NCBI RefSeq assembly: GCF_018350175.1
Contig: NC_058373.1
Span: forward strand, 101,248,001-101,312,000
Direction of reading: 5' to 3'
Length of the DNA stretch: 64,000 bases
Source of the DNA: Felis catus
Taxonomy: Eukaryota
How positions within the stretch are numbered: position 1 is the stretch's first letter; every line of letters starts with the position of its first letter. Below the pieces are notes generated by a model. It made no database searches and was not told the origin of the DNA. It worked only from the letters and a program-made list of their open reading frames with translations. Position numbers and translations under genes: made by a program. Shown here in pieces: positions 63,446 through 64,000 of the stretch.

Positions 63446-64000
63446 AATCTTGCTGCATTATTAATTTGTAACATACAATCTAAAGAAAATTTCATATTGC
63501 TTTTTGAAGGCGGCTTCAAAACCAGTCCCCTTAACCTCTTGTGCAACCAGACTGTGGCCCTCCTCGCTCTTTTCTCTTAAAAAATTGAAGAGCCATCACT
63601 GTACAAGTAGGAGAGTAACAATAGGCAGTGAAGGGAATGGGAGATGTGGGAAGCATTTTACAGGCAGGATTGACCGGTCTTGGCAACTGGTTAGATGCTA
63701 GGAGCAAGAAACAGGGTGAATGAGGGGTGACTCCAAGGTAAGGCCTATATTGCTCAAAGCTTCAGGAGAGAAGTGTGCAGAAGGAGCAGGGTTGAGGGCA
63801 GAGTGGTGGGAGATGGTGGTTCCTCGAGCAGTTAACTGTCAGGAAGGGAAACTTTAAGAACTGTCCACATCAGATGGGGCCACAGCAACCTGCAGATAAA
63901 AGAGGGACTCTAATTGGAACTCATTACCCATTGCCAATGGACTCATTGCCCATGAGGGTCTTCCTGGGTCAATTCTAGCCTACTCCCCATATATGACGGT

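Overview
Mammalian genomic DNA from a felid, based on abundant tRNA-derived CanSINEs of the SINEC_Fc type. It contains the complete BMP4 gene on the minus strand. Non-coding exon 1 has alternative donors at 42821 and 42611, and non-coding exon 2 spans 39374-39498. The coding exons are 37905-38277 and 36037-36893 (409 aa in total), with a poly(A) signal at 35798-35803. Three CpG islands are present: over the promoter, ~7 kb upstream and ~2.5 kb downstream. The flanks are gene-poor and rich in SINE, L1, L2, CR1, MIR, MaLR and hAT relics. No other protein-coding gene is supported. The most notable unexplained features are: (1) a ~325-bp, ~91%-identical inverted duplication at 13650-14751; (2) a splice-dependent set of uORFs that overlap the BMP4 start codon in both alternative frames; (3) a small poly(A)-tailed, TSD-flanked retrocopy of an LTR transcript at 57234-57403. 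Repeat family names come from visual recall of consensus sequences, and repeat boundaries are approximate.
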